Shown: piece by piece, positions 35,751 to 48,536 of the stretch
Layout of the letters: each line of letters starts with the position of its first letter
How positions within the stretch are numbered: the first letter of the stretch is position 1
Assembly: GCF_006345805.1 (NCBI RefSeq)
Contig: NC_043000.1
Coordinates: forward strand, 20,150,001-20,214,000
Source of the DNA: Octopus sinensis
Lineage: Eukaryota
Length of the DNA: 64,000 nucleotides
Reading direction: 5' to 3'
The notes under the pieces: model-generated
Seen by the model: the letters and a program-made list of their open reading frames with translations, nothing else
Database searches by the model: none
Told to the model about the DNA's origin: nothing
Translations under genes and position numbers: made by a program

Positions 35751-35889
35751 ACGATGGATAGATGTCAATTCATTATAGCTGTTGTTTCCAACAAATTTTT
35801 TAATTGCTTAATGGGTACATTAATTACATCGTTATAAAAAACCGTTTTCTTCAGATGAGTACACGAACCGCAGTACCAGGAATATTAAA

Positions 35890-36642
35890 AAAAATTTTAA
35901 TGACGTGGAGCTTCGTCGGCGTCCAACCACTGATCTGAGCGTCGCCCGTTGTCGTAAAGAATCCACTTTTCATCGCAAGTCACAATCCGGTTGTTCTTGT
36001 TGCGTAAAAGAAGGGAAGACAACACTTCAAAATGGCGTTTTCTTGTTGTTGTTGTTTTTTTTTTTGTTTTTTGTTTTTTTGGTTATCGTTCAATTCGTGC
36101 GACATCCATTTCTGAAGATATTTTGTTTTTCCAATCTCTTTCAAGTGGTTGGAAGTTGTCGTTATACGTTACGCCTAATTCAGAAGCAAGCTCTAGAACA
36201 GTTGTGCGTGGATTGGCTTCGACTAAGGCTCTTAGTTGATCGTTGTCAACATCCGATGGACGACCACTATGCATATCATCTTCAAGACTCTCGTCACCGC
36301 TATGAAATTTCTTGAATCACCATTGTGCTGTGCGTTCATTAGTGGTTCCTGGGCCAAACGCATCGTTGATATCGTGAGCTATTTCAGCAGCTTTTCGGCC
36401 TTGCTTGAACTAGAATTAGAAAATTGTGCGAATTTGTCTTTTGTCCATGTTGTATTCAACATTCCAGAAAAAATGGCCTAATTATTCAAAGAGAAAAAGA
36501 ATAACATGATTAGATAGAGCGAAAAAACGGGCTTTAAAATGATATATAAAGTCAAAATAATTTAACGCAAATTAATTTGTTTGAAAATACATAATTTAAA
36601 ACCAAAATCAAAAATTCCGTAAGCAATTTCTTGACAACCTAA
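35890..36642 (-). mobile_element. Mariner 5' half (TIR plus N-terminal transposase pseudogene)
   Basis: TA then TTAGGTTGTCAAGAAATTGC end. ATG at 36448: MDKRQIRTIF..., SGRPSDVDNDQLRALVEANPRTT, RIVTCDEKWILYDN. Confidence 0.9.
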
Positions 36643-36858
36643 TAGTTATGTGTGATCAACAGGCAGAAGGGAAGGGGGACGAGAGAGAGGAGAAGAGAAA
36701 GAAACGGATGGAGTAAGGAGAAGGGCGAAGGAAAGAAAGATAGACAAGGAACAGCAAAGAAGGAGGGGGCGAAAAATAAATATAAAGGATTATAGAGGGA
36801 TAGAGAGAAAGAAAGAAAATAGGAAGAGAACAGAGTGTGGAATCGCAGAAATTATATC

Positions 36859-36910
<52 letters not shown>

Positions 36911-36974
36911 TTTAATAATATATATATATTATATATATATGTATATATAATGTATATTATATATATATATATAG

Positions 36975-37016
<42 letters not shown>

Positions 37017-37049
37017 GAGATGCACACACATACATATATATATATATGT

Positions 37050-37356
37050 CTTTCATTCTTTTGCTTGTTTCAGTTATTTGGTTGTGGCTATGCAGGAGCA
37101 CCACCTTTAGTCGAGCAAATGGAACCCAGAACTTATTCTTTGCAGCCTAGTACTCATCCTGTCGTAGACGCACCAGCACCGGTTGACAAGCGATGGTGCT
37201 GGGGACAAACACAGACACATACACACATACGATAGGCTTCTTTCAGTTTCCGCTTCTACGAAATCCACTTTTTCTGAAGGAGCTAACGCAGTGGGACTGA
37301 ACAGGAAATACGTGGTTTGGAATCAAGCTTCTTACCACGCAGCTACGCCTGAGCCT
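37050..37356 (-). mobile_element. Decayed SINE-B with deletions
   Basis: The tail (AAAGGTGGTGCTCCTGCATAGCCACAACC..) and head remnants are recognisable. Confidence 0.75.
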
Positions 37357-37363
37357 ATATGTA

Positions 37364-37401
<38 letters not shown>

Positions 37402-37425
37402 TGAGTGCATAAGTATATTGCTGAG

Positions 37426-37716
37426 ACCCCCTTCGGTCATTGCACCTAGAAAGTTACCCTCCCAGGCACAAGTCCGGGCAAGATTGTTTATGGAAGACCA
37501 GCAGTCGCCCATGCATACCGGCTTCCCCAAGGAAAAGGCAAAGGCCGATACAGCTTGGCACCTGTGACATCGCAACTCATTTCTACAGCTGAGTGAACTG
37601 GAGCGACGTGGAATAAAGTGTCTTGCTCAAGAACACAACACGCAGCCCGGTCTGGGATTCGAACTCACAACCTCATTTCGTAAGCTCGACGCTCTAACCA
37701 CTGAGCCATGCGCCTC
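37426..37716 (-). mobile_element. SINE-C-headed element with a distinct tail
   Basis: GGAGGCGCATGGCTCAGTGG...GTTCGAATCCC, TTGAGCAAGACACTT. Tail GGCGACTGCTGGTCTTCCATAAAC...ATGACCGAAGGGGG. Confidence 0.88.
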
Positions 37717-37751
37717 CCCCAAAATAAATAAATAAATAAAAATATATATAT

Positions 37752-37792
<41 letters not shown>

Positions 37793-38767
37793 CATATATA
37801 CATATATATATACATGCGTGCGCGTGCACTTTGAATCATGTAAACAAGGCTTAAGTTTTGTTCTGAGAATTTGTTGCTGTGTGGCTAATCTATTGAGATG
37901 AATACAATAAAAATAGATTCCCAAAACATGACAATAAGCAAATTATACATGCACGTGCACGCACACAGGCACATACACATGAATACCTCCCCCCACACAC
38001 ACACACATATATATATATATATACATTAAGATGCATATTTATAGTGGGGAGAGGTTTGTTTTCCTGTGCCTGAGTTCTCTACGGTTCAAAACAATCTGAT
38101 GCTAATACCAAAACAAGAGAAAGCAAAAGCGGCTACTACCATCATTCAACGCCACTACATGTATTACTACTACTACTACTACTACTACTGCAATTATATT
38201 TCGAAATGCAAATAATGTTATATTTTGCAGAAAACAAAAGGCATTAAGCTATATACAATAACAAATATGGCAGCTACCAATAAAATTCCGTTAGATGAAC
38301 CCAAAGGTGAAGAAGAGAAGAGATTTCAATGGTAGATATTTGTGTGTGTTCGGCAGAGTTGCCACGGGTAGATTCTATATATAAACAACCAATATCTATT
38401 TGGATTTTAGTTAAATTAACATTTTAACCTTGTTGTCATCATACGGCATTGGTTGAAAAAAAAGATTGCTGTGCGAGCCAATGAGCAACGTCTCTATGCG
38501 GTCGACAGATCTGCTAGAAATAAGAGTTTACTCACACCCTACCGTTCTAAAAAGAAATAGGGTTTGAGAGAAAATAAAATATTTGATAATGTAACTTTAG
38601 ATAAAATACCAAACATGAAAAAAAAAACATGAGGATTTTCATTTTTGTACCATTCGTGATCATAGGGTCTGAGTGATCGAATGTGACCAGGGGCTAAACA
38701 ATAAAAACAGTAATTAATAGAGACACAAACAGTATTAATCCCAAAGGAACCCAATTAAAGTGGATGT

Positions 38768-38985
38768 TACTCTTTTACTCTTTTACTTGTTTCAGTCACT
38801 TGACTGTGGCCATGCTGGAGCACAGCCTTTAGTCAAGCAAATCGACCCCAGGACTTATTCTTTGTAAGCCTAGTACTGATTCTATCGATCTCTTTTTGCC
38901 GAACCGCAGAGTTACGGGGACGTTAACACACCTGCATCGGTTGTCAAGCGATGTTGGGGGGACAAACACAGACACACAAACATAT

Positions 38986-39035
<50 letters not shown>

Positions 39036-39198
39036 GACGGGCTTCTTTCAGTTTCCGTCTACCAAGTCGACTCACAAGGCTTTAGTTGCCCCGAGGCTAT
39101 AGTAGAAGACACTTGCCCAAGGTACCATGCAGTGGGACTGAACCCTGAACCATGTGGTTCATAAGCAAGCTACTTACCACACAGCTACTCCTATGCCT
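38768..39198 (-). mobile_element. SINE-B, full length
   Basis: Collinear with 13250-13668. Confidence 0.92.
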
Positions 39199-39937
39199 AC
39201 AAGGAGAACTCAAAATACTGTGTTATGCACCACAAGTCCAAATGAGAGGTTCTCTTGTGGTAAATAAGACAGTATTCTGTGTTCTAACAGAACATTCACT
39301 TTAAGTGAGTAATAAAAATTTATCTTTTAATAAAAGAAAACGTTTGTTGAAGATTCAAGATAGCTAAAACATTTATATTATTAATCGAATGCTACATATT
39401 GAGATTCTCGGTTACGGCTTTAATCTAAAAATGTGTTTTCTATTGCACAATATTATACATATACACGTATCAATATATAAACGTTAATCACCGAGGTCGA
39501 GTTTGTCTTTCATTTCTTTCGGAGCCGATAAAATAAGTACCAGTAGAGCACAGGGGTCGATGTAACTGACTTACTCCCGCTCCAGAAATTGCTGGCATTG
39601 TGCCAAAATTTGAAATCAGATATATAAACATTAACAACTACCGTTGTTTTGAAATCATTAGAGAGGTCTTCCGACTCATAGATATCATTGAAGAGTTCTG
39701 TGAGTTTGTCTCTGCCATAATCATCTGGTGCTTCTAACATTTTACATGTTATTGTATCTGGTTCTAGAGCTTTATATTTTCTCATTAGATAATGAATTAA
39801 ACTTTTGGTTAAACGTGTACATTATCTCGTTTCAAATTTAGGTAAAAAAAATTATATCTACTGCTACCTTCAGCACCGTTATTCCCTAGCATAAATTTAC
39901 AAGTATTGACACCTACGTATAAGAACAGCGACTTCAT

Positions 39938-39974
<37 letters not shown>

Positions 39975-39977
<3 letters not shown>

Positions 39978-40335
39978 GAGCAAAACGCCCCACCCCATCC
40001 AATGGACGGTGCTGAGTTGTCAAAGTTAAGCCAAATTTTCTCAAAACAACTTGTCCGACTTTGAGAAACACTGATTTAACCTAAATTTGAGACACCGTGC
40101 ATCTTTCTCGCGTACGCGTAGTATCGATCGCAACGGCTGATGTACTTGCGCGGACTAATGCACGATTCCACGGCTTTATCGATCGCATTCTCACCTGGAA
40201 TTGATTTTTGTAATTTTTTCAAGACTTATACACGCCCTGATACCGTCGGTACCTACATATCAAATTTGAGCGCAATCGGATGGAGAATGCCCGATATCCT
40301 AGAAGACACGCACACACACACACAGACAGTTTATT
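39975..40335. mobile_element. Possible Helentron/HINE-like non-autonomous element
   Basis: Starts after (TA)n, has an internal imperfect palindrome at ~40006-40100, and CATATCAAATTTGAGCGCAATCGG followed by (CA)n/CAGA. Architecture recalled from DINE/HINE elements; weak. Confidence 0.3.
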
Positions 40336-41023
40336 TTCGAATGCAGGCACGCCGTTAGAACTGCTAAAACATTGGGTAAATTAACCTTACGAGTCCCATG
40401 GCTGTTTGTTGACAAATTTTTCCACTTTATAAGGAACATCATGGTTGCATCAATAACAGTTCAAGTCTAATATACGTACAGAATTTACTCTACAATGTAT
40501 GGAAGGCCAGAACTGAGCAATATTACATTGATTTGGTCAGTAATAGGTAAACATCACCGTAAAGATATACTGCTTCGGTATTATTACAGACATTTTTTTT
40601 CTTCGCTTATGAACCTCGATTCCACATCATTTAACTTAGAGTGCTAGACAGAATTTAAGGAATTTAATTTAGATTTCATAATTAAATCTCAGAATGAGAT
40701 TGAAACAGTAATCGCTCGATAATGTAAAGTATAGAAGCCATCTTATCATGGGGAGGGGGTGTTACTGTAGCTTTATAGCCCCAAGAGATCGTCGTCTCTA
40801 GCTGGCTTTAGACACAATATCAGTGCACTTGGAGTATTTGCAAAGGGAGGCCATCCCTTCCTCGCAAGCCTGAGTGATACGCTCGAACTAGTTTCGGGAT
40901 TTTTGTCCCTTGTCAACGGGCGGTAACCACCAAGCAAAATAACAACAAATATAAAAAAGATTTTGCAAGAACAAAATAGTAGGTAAAGTAAAAAATAAAA
41001 TAAAGATATTAACAAAAGTTAAT

Positions 41024-41440
41024 AGGCGCAGGAGTGGCTGTGTGGTAAGTAGCTTGCTAACCAACCACATGGTTCCGGGTTCAGTCCCACTGCGTGGCAT
41101 CTTGGGCAAGTGTCTTCTGCTATAGCCCCGGGCCGACCAATGCCTTGTGAGTGGATTTGGTAGACGGAAACTGAAAGAAGCCTGTCGTATATATATATAT
41201 ATGTATATATGTGTGTTTGTGTGTCTGTGTTTGTCCCCCTAACATTGCTTGACAACCGATGCTGGTGTGTTTACGTCCCCGTCACTTAGCGGTTCGGCAA
41301 AAGAGACCAATAGAATAAGTACTGGGCTTACAAAGAATAAGTCCCGGGGTCGATTTGCTCGACTAAAGGCGGTGCTCCAGCATGGCCGCAGTCAAATGAC
41401 TGAAACAAGTAAAAGAGTAAAGAGTAAAAAAGAGTAAAAG
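41024..41440 (+). mobile_element. SINE-B, full length (young, very close to the 13250 copy)
   Basis: Near-identical head, core and tail. Confidence 0.93.
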
Positions 41441-42145
41441 TATTTTTTAGCAAAGTAATTACAAAAATGGATAAGCGGGGGACAAAAGAGCTGGTGGTTT
41501 AAAGATTCTACAGGGTTCATGGATGAAAGCATAAAGACAGGGTGGTTGAACTAATAACAAAAAAACTGTGTTCTATAACAATAAACGTCTAAATGACGTC
41601 AATAGGGTCACAAAAACATCACAGAAAGCATTTGAACTTCCAAGAATTTTATTCACACAGCAACCACGCCCCGATATGCTTTTCAGCATATTTACCTGAG
41701 TAATATACACGCATAGATATTTATCTGAGTAATATACACACCTGGGTAGAAACACGATACGTATATATGCTTCTACATAAGCATATATACGTATCGATAA
41801 ATATGCATACGTACATATACATACATGCATGCATACATACATACATACATGCATGCATGCATGCATACATACATACATACATACATACATACATACATAC
41901 ATACATACATGCATGCATGCATGCATGCATGCATACATACATACATACATACATACATACATACATACAAACAAACAAACAAACAAACAAACAAACAAAC
42001 AAACGTGTGTGTATTCATAAATGTATGTGCGAATGAAAGACTGTATACATACCATACCCATCGGGGTATATATTGCACCTGCCTAGCACTCTAAGTTAAA
42101 TGATATGGAATCGGGGTTCATATGCGAAGAAAAAATGTCAGTAAT

Positions 42146-42376
42146 AATACCTATTTCTTTATTACCCACAAGGGGCTAAACACAGAGGGGACAAACAAGG
42201 ACAGACAGGTATTAAGTCGATTACATCGACCCCAGTGCGTAACTGGTACTTAATTTATCGACCCCGAAAGGATGAAAGGCAAAGTCGACCTCCGCGGAAT
42301 TTGAACTCACAACGTAACGGCAGACGAAATACCGCTAAGCATTTCGCCCAGCGTGCTAACGTTTCTGCCAGTTCGC
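42146..42376 (-). mobile_element. SINE-A monomer ending in the dimer-junction sequence
   Basis: Tail ends AAAGAAATAGGTATT. Confidence 0.9.
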
Positions 42377-42477
42377 CATACCAAAGCAGTATATCTTTAC
42401 GATGACCAAATCAATGTATTTTTGTTCAGTTCCGGCCTTCCATACTTATACTTATACTTTCTAGCACTCTGTCTTTT

Positions 42478-43078
42478 ACGACAAGTGTTCCAGTTAATCC
42501 GACGAACGGAACAGCCTGCTCGTGAAATTAATGTGCACGCGTACCCCTAACGTAGTTCTCGGGGAGATTCAGCGTCAGTACAGAATGTGATAATGCTGGC
42601 CCTTTGAATTACTGGTACAACTCATTTTTGCCAGCTGACTTGTTGTTTGTTCTTTCTCGAACCACGCCCGGCTCATAAGGGCCGGTTTCCCGGTTTCCTT
42701 GGCGTATAGGTTCCCCACCTGGACGGGACGCCAGTCCGTCGCAGGTGAGCTGCAAGATGCAGGAGGAAAGAGTGAGAGAAAGTTGTGGCGAAAGAGTCAG
42801 CAGAAGTTCGCCATTACCTTCTGCTGGAGCCGTGTGGAGTGGAGCTTAGGTGTTTAGCTCACAAACACACACATCGCCCGGTCTGAAATTCGAACCCTCG
42901 ATCCCTCGACCGCGAGTCCCCTGCTCTAACCACTAGGCCATGTGCCTCCACTTTTGCCAGTTGACTGGACTGGAGTGACGTGAAATAAAGTATTTCAGGG
43001 TTACAACACGCCGCCAAGAATCGAATTCACGACCTTAAGATCGTGATCCGACTACCCTAACTACTAAGCCACTCGGCT
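42478..43078 (-). mobile_element. Host SINE (C head and CORE-like, D tail) split by SINE-E
   Basis: Head at ~43078-42967. Continues after the insert as CAGCTGGCAAAAATGAGTTGTACC...TTAATTTCACGAGCAGGCTGTTCCG. Confidence 0.82.
42641..42951 (-). mobile_element. SINE-E (D head and core, V-like domain), 15-bp TSD
   Basis: TGGAGGCACATGGCCTAGTGG..., CCTGCGACGGACTGGCGTCCCGTCCAGG, tail GAAACCGGGAAACCGGCCCTTATGAGCC...AACAAACAAC. TSD TTTTGCCAG(C/T)TGACT at 42626-42640 and 42952-42966. Confidence 0.93.
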
Positions 43079-43134
43079 TTACACTCTGCTTATATATAAG
43101 GTAAAGTAAAAGGACAAATTAAGCTTATCTAACA

Positions 43135-43480
43135 TGGAAGCACTCCATCGGTTACGACGACGAGGGTTCCGGTTGATCCGAATCAACGGAACAGCCTGCT
43201 CGTGAAATTAACGACACGTGTACCCTTAACGTAGTTCTCGGGGATATTCAGCGTGACACAGAGAGTGACAAGGCTGGCCCCTTGAAATACAGGTACAACA
43301 GAAACAGGAAGTAAGAGTGAGAGAAAGTTTTGGTGAAAGAGTACAGCAGGGATCACCACCATCCCCTGCCGGAGCCTCGTGGAGCTTTAGGTGTTTTCGC
43401 TCAATAAACACTCACAACGCCCGGTCTGGGAATCGAAACCGCGAGTCCGCGCTGCCCTAACCACTGGGCCATTGCGCCTC
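43135..43480 (-). mobile_element. SINE-D
   Basis: Collinear with 14613-14988. Confidence 0.9.
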
Positions 43481-44026
43481 AAACCCGATTTCGGCCAACT
43501 GAGACTCTTCATGTTAAGTTATGATCAAATTCCTGATGCAAACACCTTGTTTCCAAAGTGGTGCGCTTTTTGAAGGAACTTTCTTATACGATACGCTCAA
43601 AGGCACGTTTAGTTGAATCGACATTGAACAGAGTGAATGGTTATGACATATTACATAACACATACATGCACACACCTCCACACACACATACACTCATATA
43701 CACACACACACGCATGAAGGGGAGCCTTTCTCCCTCCCCTTCATCCGCTTCCCCTTTTTTTATCTGTCGCTCCTTCTTTCTGCTGTCTTTCTCCACTACC
43801 TGCTACTTTTACACGACCAGCGGCCAGTTCCTCTTTTTCTTCCTTTCTTAGACTGGTCCCAGAGCTGACCAGTCGCAAATGCTGTCTCTCCGTTCCCCAT
43901 CCTTCAAAACATTTTCTAAGCGTTACCCACTATTCTCGTTTCCTTGGCCCCAAGGCTGTATTTTGTTCGACTTCACACACACACACACACATATATACAT
44001 ACATACATACATACATACATATGTAT

Positions 44027-44093
<67 letters not shown>

Positions 44094-44094
<1 letters not shown>

Positions 44095-44290
44095 TCTTTT
44101 ACTTGTTTCAGTCTCCTGACTGTGGCCATGCTGGAGCAACGCCTTTAGTCGAGCAAATCGACGCCAGGACTTATACTTTGTCAGCCTAGTACTTAGTCTA
44201 TCGGTCTCTTTTGCCGAACCGCTAAGTTACGGGGACGTAAAAACTTCAGCATTGGTTGTCAAGCGATGTTGTGGCGACAAACACAAGCAC
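44094..44290 (-). mobile_element. SINE-B 3' half followed by a (CA)n/(TA)n tract to ~44458
   Basis: Tail and GGTTCGGCAAAAGAGACCGATAG segment. Confidence 0.87.
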
Positions 44291-44291
44291 A

Positions 44292-44344
<53 letters not shown>

Positions 44345-44415
44345 GCACGCACACGCACGCACACACACACACACGCACGCACGCACACACATACACACAC
44401 ACACGCACACACACT

Positions 44416-44457
<42 letters not shown>

Positions 44458-44466
44458 ACTGCGTGA

Positions 44467-45632
44467 CCTTGGCATTGCTGGAAAACTTGGAGACTGGTTA
44501 CATGACTTCCTGAAAGATAGGAGTCAGGCAATAGTGGCTAATGGAGCCACCTCAATGAAGACACAAATAGTGAGCGGTGTCCCACACTGCTTTTTATAGT
44601 GGCCCTCTCAGATATGCCCTCAAATGTCCGGATAGCCACCCTTGCAAGCTATGCAGATGATACGAAAGTCTCGCAGAAAATACAGAACTCCAGCGATGTT
44701 GCACACCTTCAGCAGGAGTTGGACTCAATTTACAGATGGGATGAAGATAATAATATGCAGTTTAATGCTGAAAAATTCCAAGCTCTGTGCTACCAGCATC
44801 CAAAACTGAATATGAAACTTACAGGGTACACCGGTCCACAGGGAATTTCAATCCCAGAGCCTAAGTCAGTGAGGGACCTGGGTATCGACATGAGTGATGA
44901 TCCCTCTTTCCAAGTGCACATTACCAGGATGGCGACAAAGTGCAGACGACTGGCTGGATGGATCCTAAGAACATTCAGAACCAAAGATAATGAAACCATG
45001 ATGGTCCTCTGGTGGACATTCGTCCTCGGCCGCCTGCTTTACTGCTCACAGATATGGTCACTCACCAGTGTGAAATTAACAGCGGACATTGAAGCAATCC
45101 AGAGAAGATTCACAAAGAAGATCGTCTCTTTGTAACAGCTCAGCTACCGGGAAAGGTTGAAACAGTTAAGACCCTACTCCCTGGAAAGAAGACGGGAGAG
45201 GTATGCAGTAATATATATCAGGAAGATCCTGGAAGGAATTGTGCCAAATTTTGGCGTTGAAAGCTACACCAATGCCAGAACGGGACGACACTGCATAGTG
45301 CCAAAGGTCCCAGCAATGCCATCACGCTTCAGGACCAGTTACTACAACAGCCTGGGTTTCAAGGTACCACAGCTTTTTAATATTCTCCCAAAGAGTCTGA
45401 GAAACTTGCACAAAGTAGATGTAGGGCTTTTTAAATCAAAGCTGGACCTCTTCCTGTCGAGAGTCCCAGATGAACCTACCTCACGGCAAGAGGTGCAAAT
45501 GAGGGTAGCTATATCAAACTCCATGCTTCACCAAGTGCCACATATTAGAGGAGGTTCTTAGTAATAACAGTGTAGTAAAACGGCGATGCATTAGCATGGC
45601 CGCAGCTCTGAGCTGAAACTAGAGAAAAAAAA
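44467..45632 (+). mobile_element. 5'-truncated CR1-group LINE (RT C-terminal half plus 3' UTR)
   Basis: [29 protein letters not shown] (YADD at 44650), RDLGI, LERRRERY, A-rich end. Possible TSD ATATA(A)CTGCGTG at ~44454-44466 and ~45636-45647. Confidence 0.92.
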
Positions 45633-45647
45633 TACATATACTGCGTG

Positions 45648-45740
45648 GACAGGAGCAACGTGAAATAAAGTGCCTTGCTCAAGGGCACGACGCGCCGGCG
45701 AGAATCGAACGCACCTTAACCATTAAGCCACACGCCTCCA
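45648..45740 (-). mobile_element. SINE-C head/CORE fragment
   Basis: GTGGAGGCGTGTGGCTTAATGG...TTCGATTCTC...CTTGAGCAAGGCACTTTATTTCACGTTGCTCC. Confidence 0.75.
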
Positions 45741-46092
45741 CTTATGTATATACACATACACACAGACATACGCGCGCACATATATGTATATATGTGTGCA
45801 TTCAAGTATGTATGTATGTTTGTACGCATGCAAGTATGTATGTATGTATGTATGTATGTATGTATGTATGTATGTATGTATTATGTATGTATTATGTATG
45901 TATGTATGTATTATGTATGTATGTGTGTGTGATGTGTATGTATGCATGTATATACGTACGTATGTATGAAGTCTGAAACCAACTGCTGCTTACAATGAAA
46001 TAATTTAATATACAAAATATTAATTCTTGACGTATTACAGCTGTGAGTCATTTCTTTGATTGTAAGCTAACCGGTGACTCAACTAATCCTAC

Positions 46093-46127
<35 letters not shown>

Positions 46128-47463
46128 CACACACCCACACACACCCCCACACACACCCCCCACACCCCCCCCACACACACCCCCACACATAGATAGATAT
46201 TCATTCAGGCACTCCTGTTTCGTGGACACCTACGTGTTCCTTCACACAATTGTCATATAATACGTTTTCTATATCATAACTCACACACTTGACACACCCA
46301 AAAGATTCCCTTCCTCTCTTTATGCATCAATGATTTAGTGAGGAGACAGACAGACAGGCAGACGATCAGGTCCGACAGACAAACACAGAAAGAGAGAGAG
46401 GGTGAGAGAGAAAGAGAGAGAGAGGGCGGAGTAAGGGCTAAAGAAGGAGAGAAATATTACATTTCGCAAGTGATTACATTTTTCGCTTTTGTTGTAATTT
46501 CTAGTGGCGTAGATTTGAAATCCTTGATTTCATATTATCTTGTATGCTGTTGGCCATGTTTGTAACATTATGAAATATTATCAGTGTTTTGATATTACAT
46601 ATCTAGTCGATATTTCCATATTATGAATCATCTAATAACTGCCTGATGTGCTTATGAACGTTCTCTTTTATTTCAGCACGAAATATAAAATATCCAATAT
46701 AAGTTAGAGAGGATGCACTGTTCTCCGCCATTTTATGGTTCGTCAGAAACTGGGAGAAGACATCTTAAAAATAGACTCAATAGGTATTGATTTCTTACAG
46801 TTGTAATTTATATTGATTTCTGACAACACTTGATAAATATTGGCTAAAGTTCCGATACAATCTACAAATCTATAGAGGCGCAGTATACATAGTTATGCAA
46901 CGCAGACACACGTGCACACGCACGCACACAGAGATACATATACGTATATATGTATATGTATATACGTATATATGAATGTATATGTGCATGAATATACATA
47001 TATATACGCATATACATGTGTGTGTTCGTTTCTGTTAAAAGACGGCAAAGAAACCCATAATCAACAAATGTTCAAATGGAGAGTAAATGCTAAATGGTAA
47101 AATTGGAGATGAGAAACGAAACGAAATCAAATATTGGACAATACAGCAACGTAAATTGAACGAATTCAATTCCCGATACGTTGATTCTGAAACCCGGTTT
47201 CGATCTTCATAAGAGGTAGATATACTTCTTTTACAAAGCCTATATATATTTTAGGTGGCAAATGGTAAATAGCAGTGTTGTTGGATACAGTTTTCCAACG
47301 AGCCAATTAGAGAGAGGTTCACTGCATTTTTAAAGAAAAGGGTAACAAGTGATTAAGTCAGAGGGACAAATATTACACAAGGTATTACACAAAATATGGA
47401 AGTTTTTCTTCAAGTCATCGTACAAATATTCATAGTCACATGACATACATACATACATGGTGC

Positions 47464-47566
<103 letters not shown>

Positions 47567-47649
47567 ACTGGCAGGTAGTCAGACAGACAAATAGACAGAC
47601 AGAGAAAGGACCTTTCATCAGTTGTCAGCTGTCTATCTACACTCCTTCA

Positions 47650-48520
47650 GAGAAAAAAATATCTCAAGTTAATTCAACATGCCATATTCAACATGCCATA
47701 AGAAGAGAAAAGGAAATCCCGATCTCTACCTTACAGAGAAATACTCAGGCTAGGTGTGAAAATAAAAATACAAATACAAATATTCCGTTTGTCATCACCC
47801 ACAACCCTAGAAATCACATCCTAAATTCAGTCAAACGATACCTCCCAATTCTACATCAATCATCAAATCACCAGCGAAATTGAACGAATTCAATTCCCGA
47901 TACATCGATTCTGAAACCCGATTTCGATCCTCATAAGAGGTAGATATACTTCTTTTTTTTTTATATATTTTAGGTTTATCTATCTATCTATCAATATTTT
48001 AGGTTTATCTATCTATCTATCTATCTATCTATTTATCACAAATTATGGACAGTCGAAGACAGTCACCTGACTTCAAGTGACTCCAAGTCTAGATTCACAT
48101 TTGAAAGAGAAACGATGCAAGTAACCAACTGTGAAGACACACGTAGTGGGAGATGCGAATTAATTGAGCAAGGGACAACCAAAAGACTCAAGAATGGGAA
48201 GGAATTAAAAGTGAATGCAAATATGAATTGCAAAACGAAAAAACCTCATCTACTGCGTCACATGTCCACAATGCAATGAAAACTACATCGGGGAGACAGG
48301 AAGGAAACTGACCAGCCGTGTAAATGTGCATAAACACCAAATTAGGGATTCGTCTTTAAGGAATGTCCCATGCAGTGAACATCTAGATATCTGTGCAAAT
48401 TGCAAATTTAAAATATTCCCACTTTACAAAATAAACGATGAAAATGTACAACTACGAAAGGCAAAGGAAAATACTTTATAATAATTCTAAATTCGAAATT
48501 AAACCGAAAACAGCCAACAC
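47650..48520 (+). mobile_element. Penelope-like element 3' part (RT thumb remnant plus GIY-YIG endonuclease pseudogene)
   Basis: IPFVITHNPRN..LPILHQS, then NLIYCVTCPQCNENYIGETGRKLTSRVNVHKHQI...KAKE..FI..LN (LIY-YIG). Interrupted at ~47877-48030. Confidence 0.88.
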
Positions 48521-48536
48521 TTCATATATTAAACAA

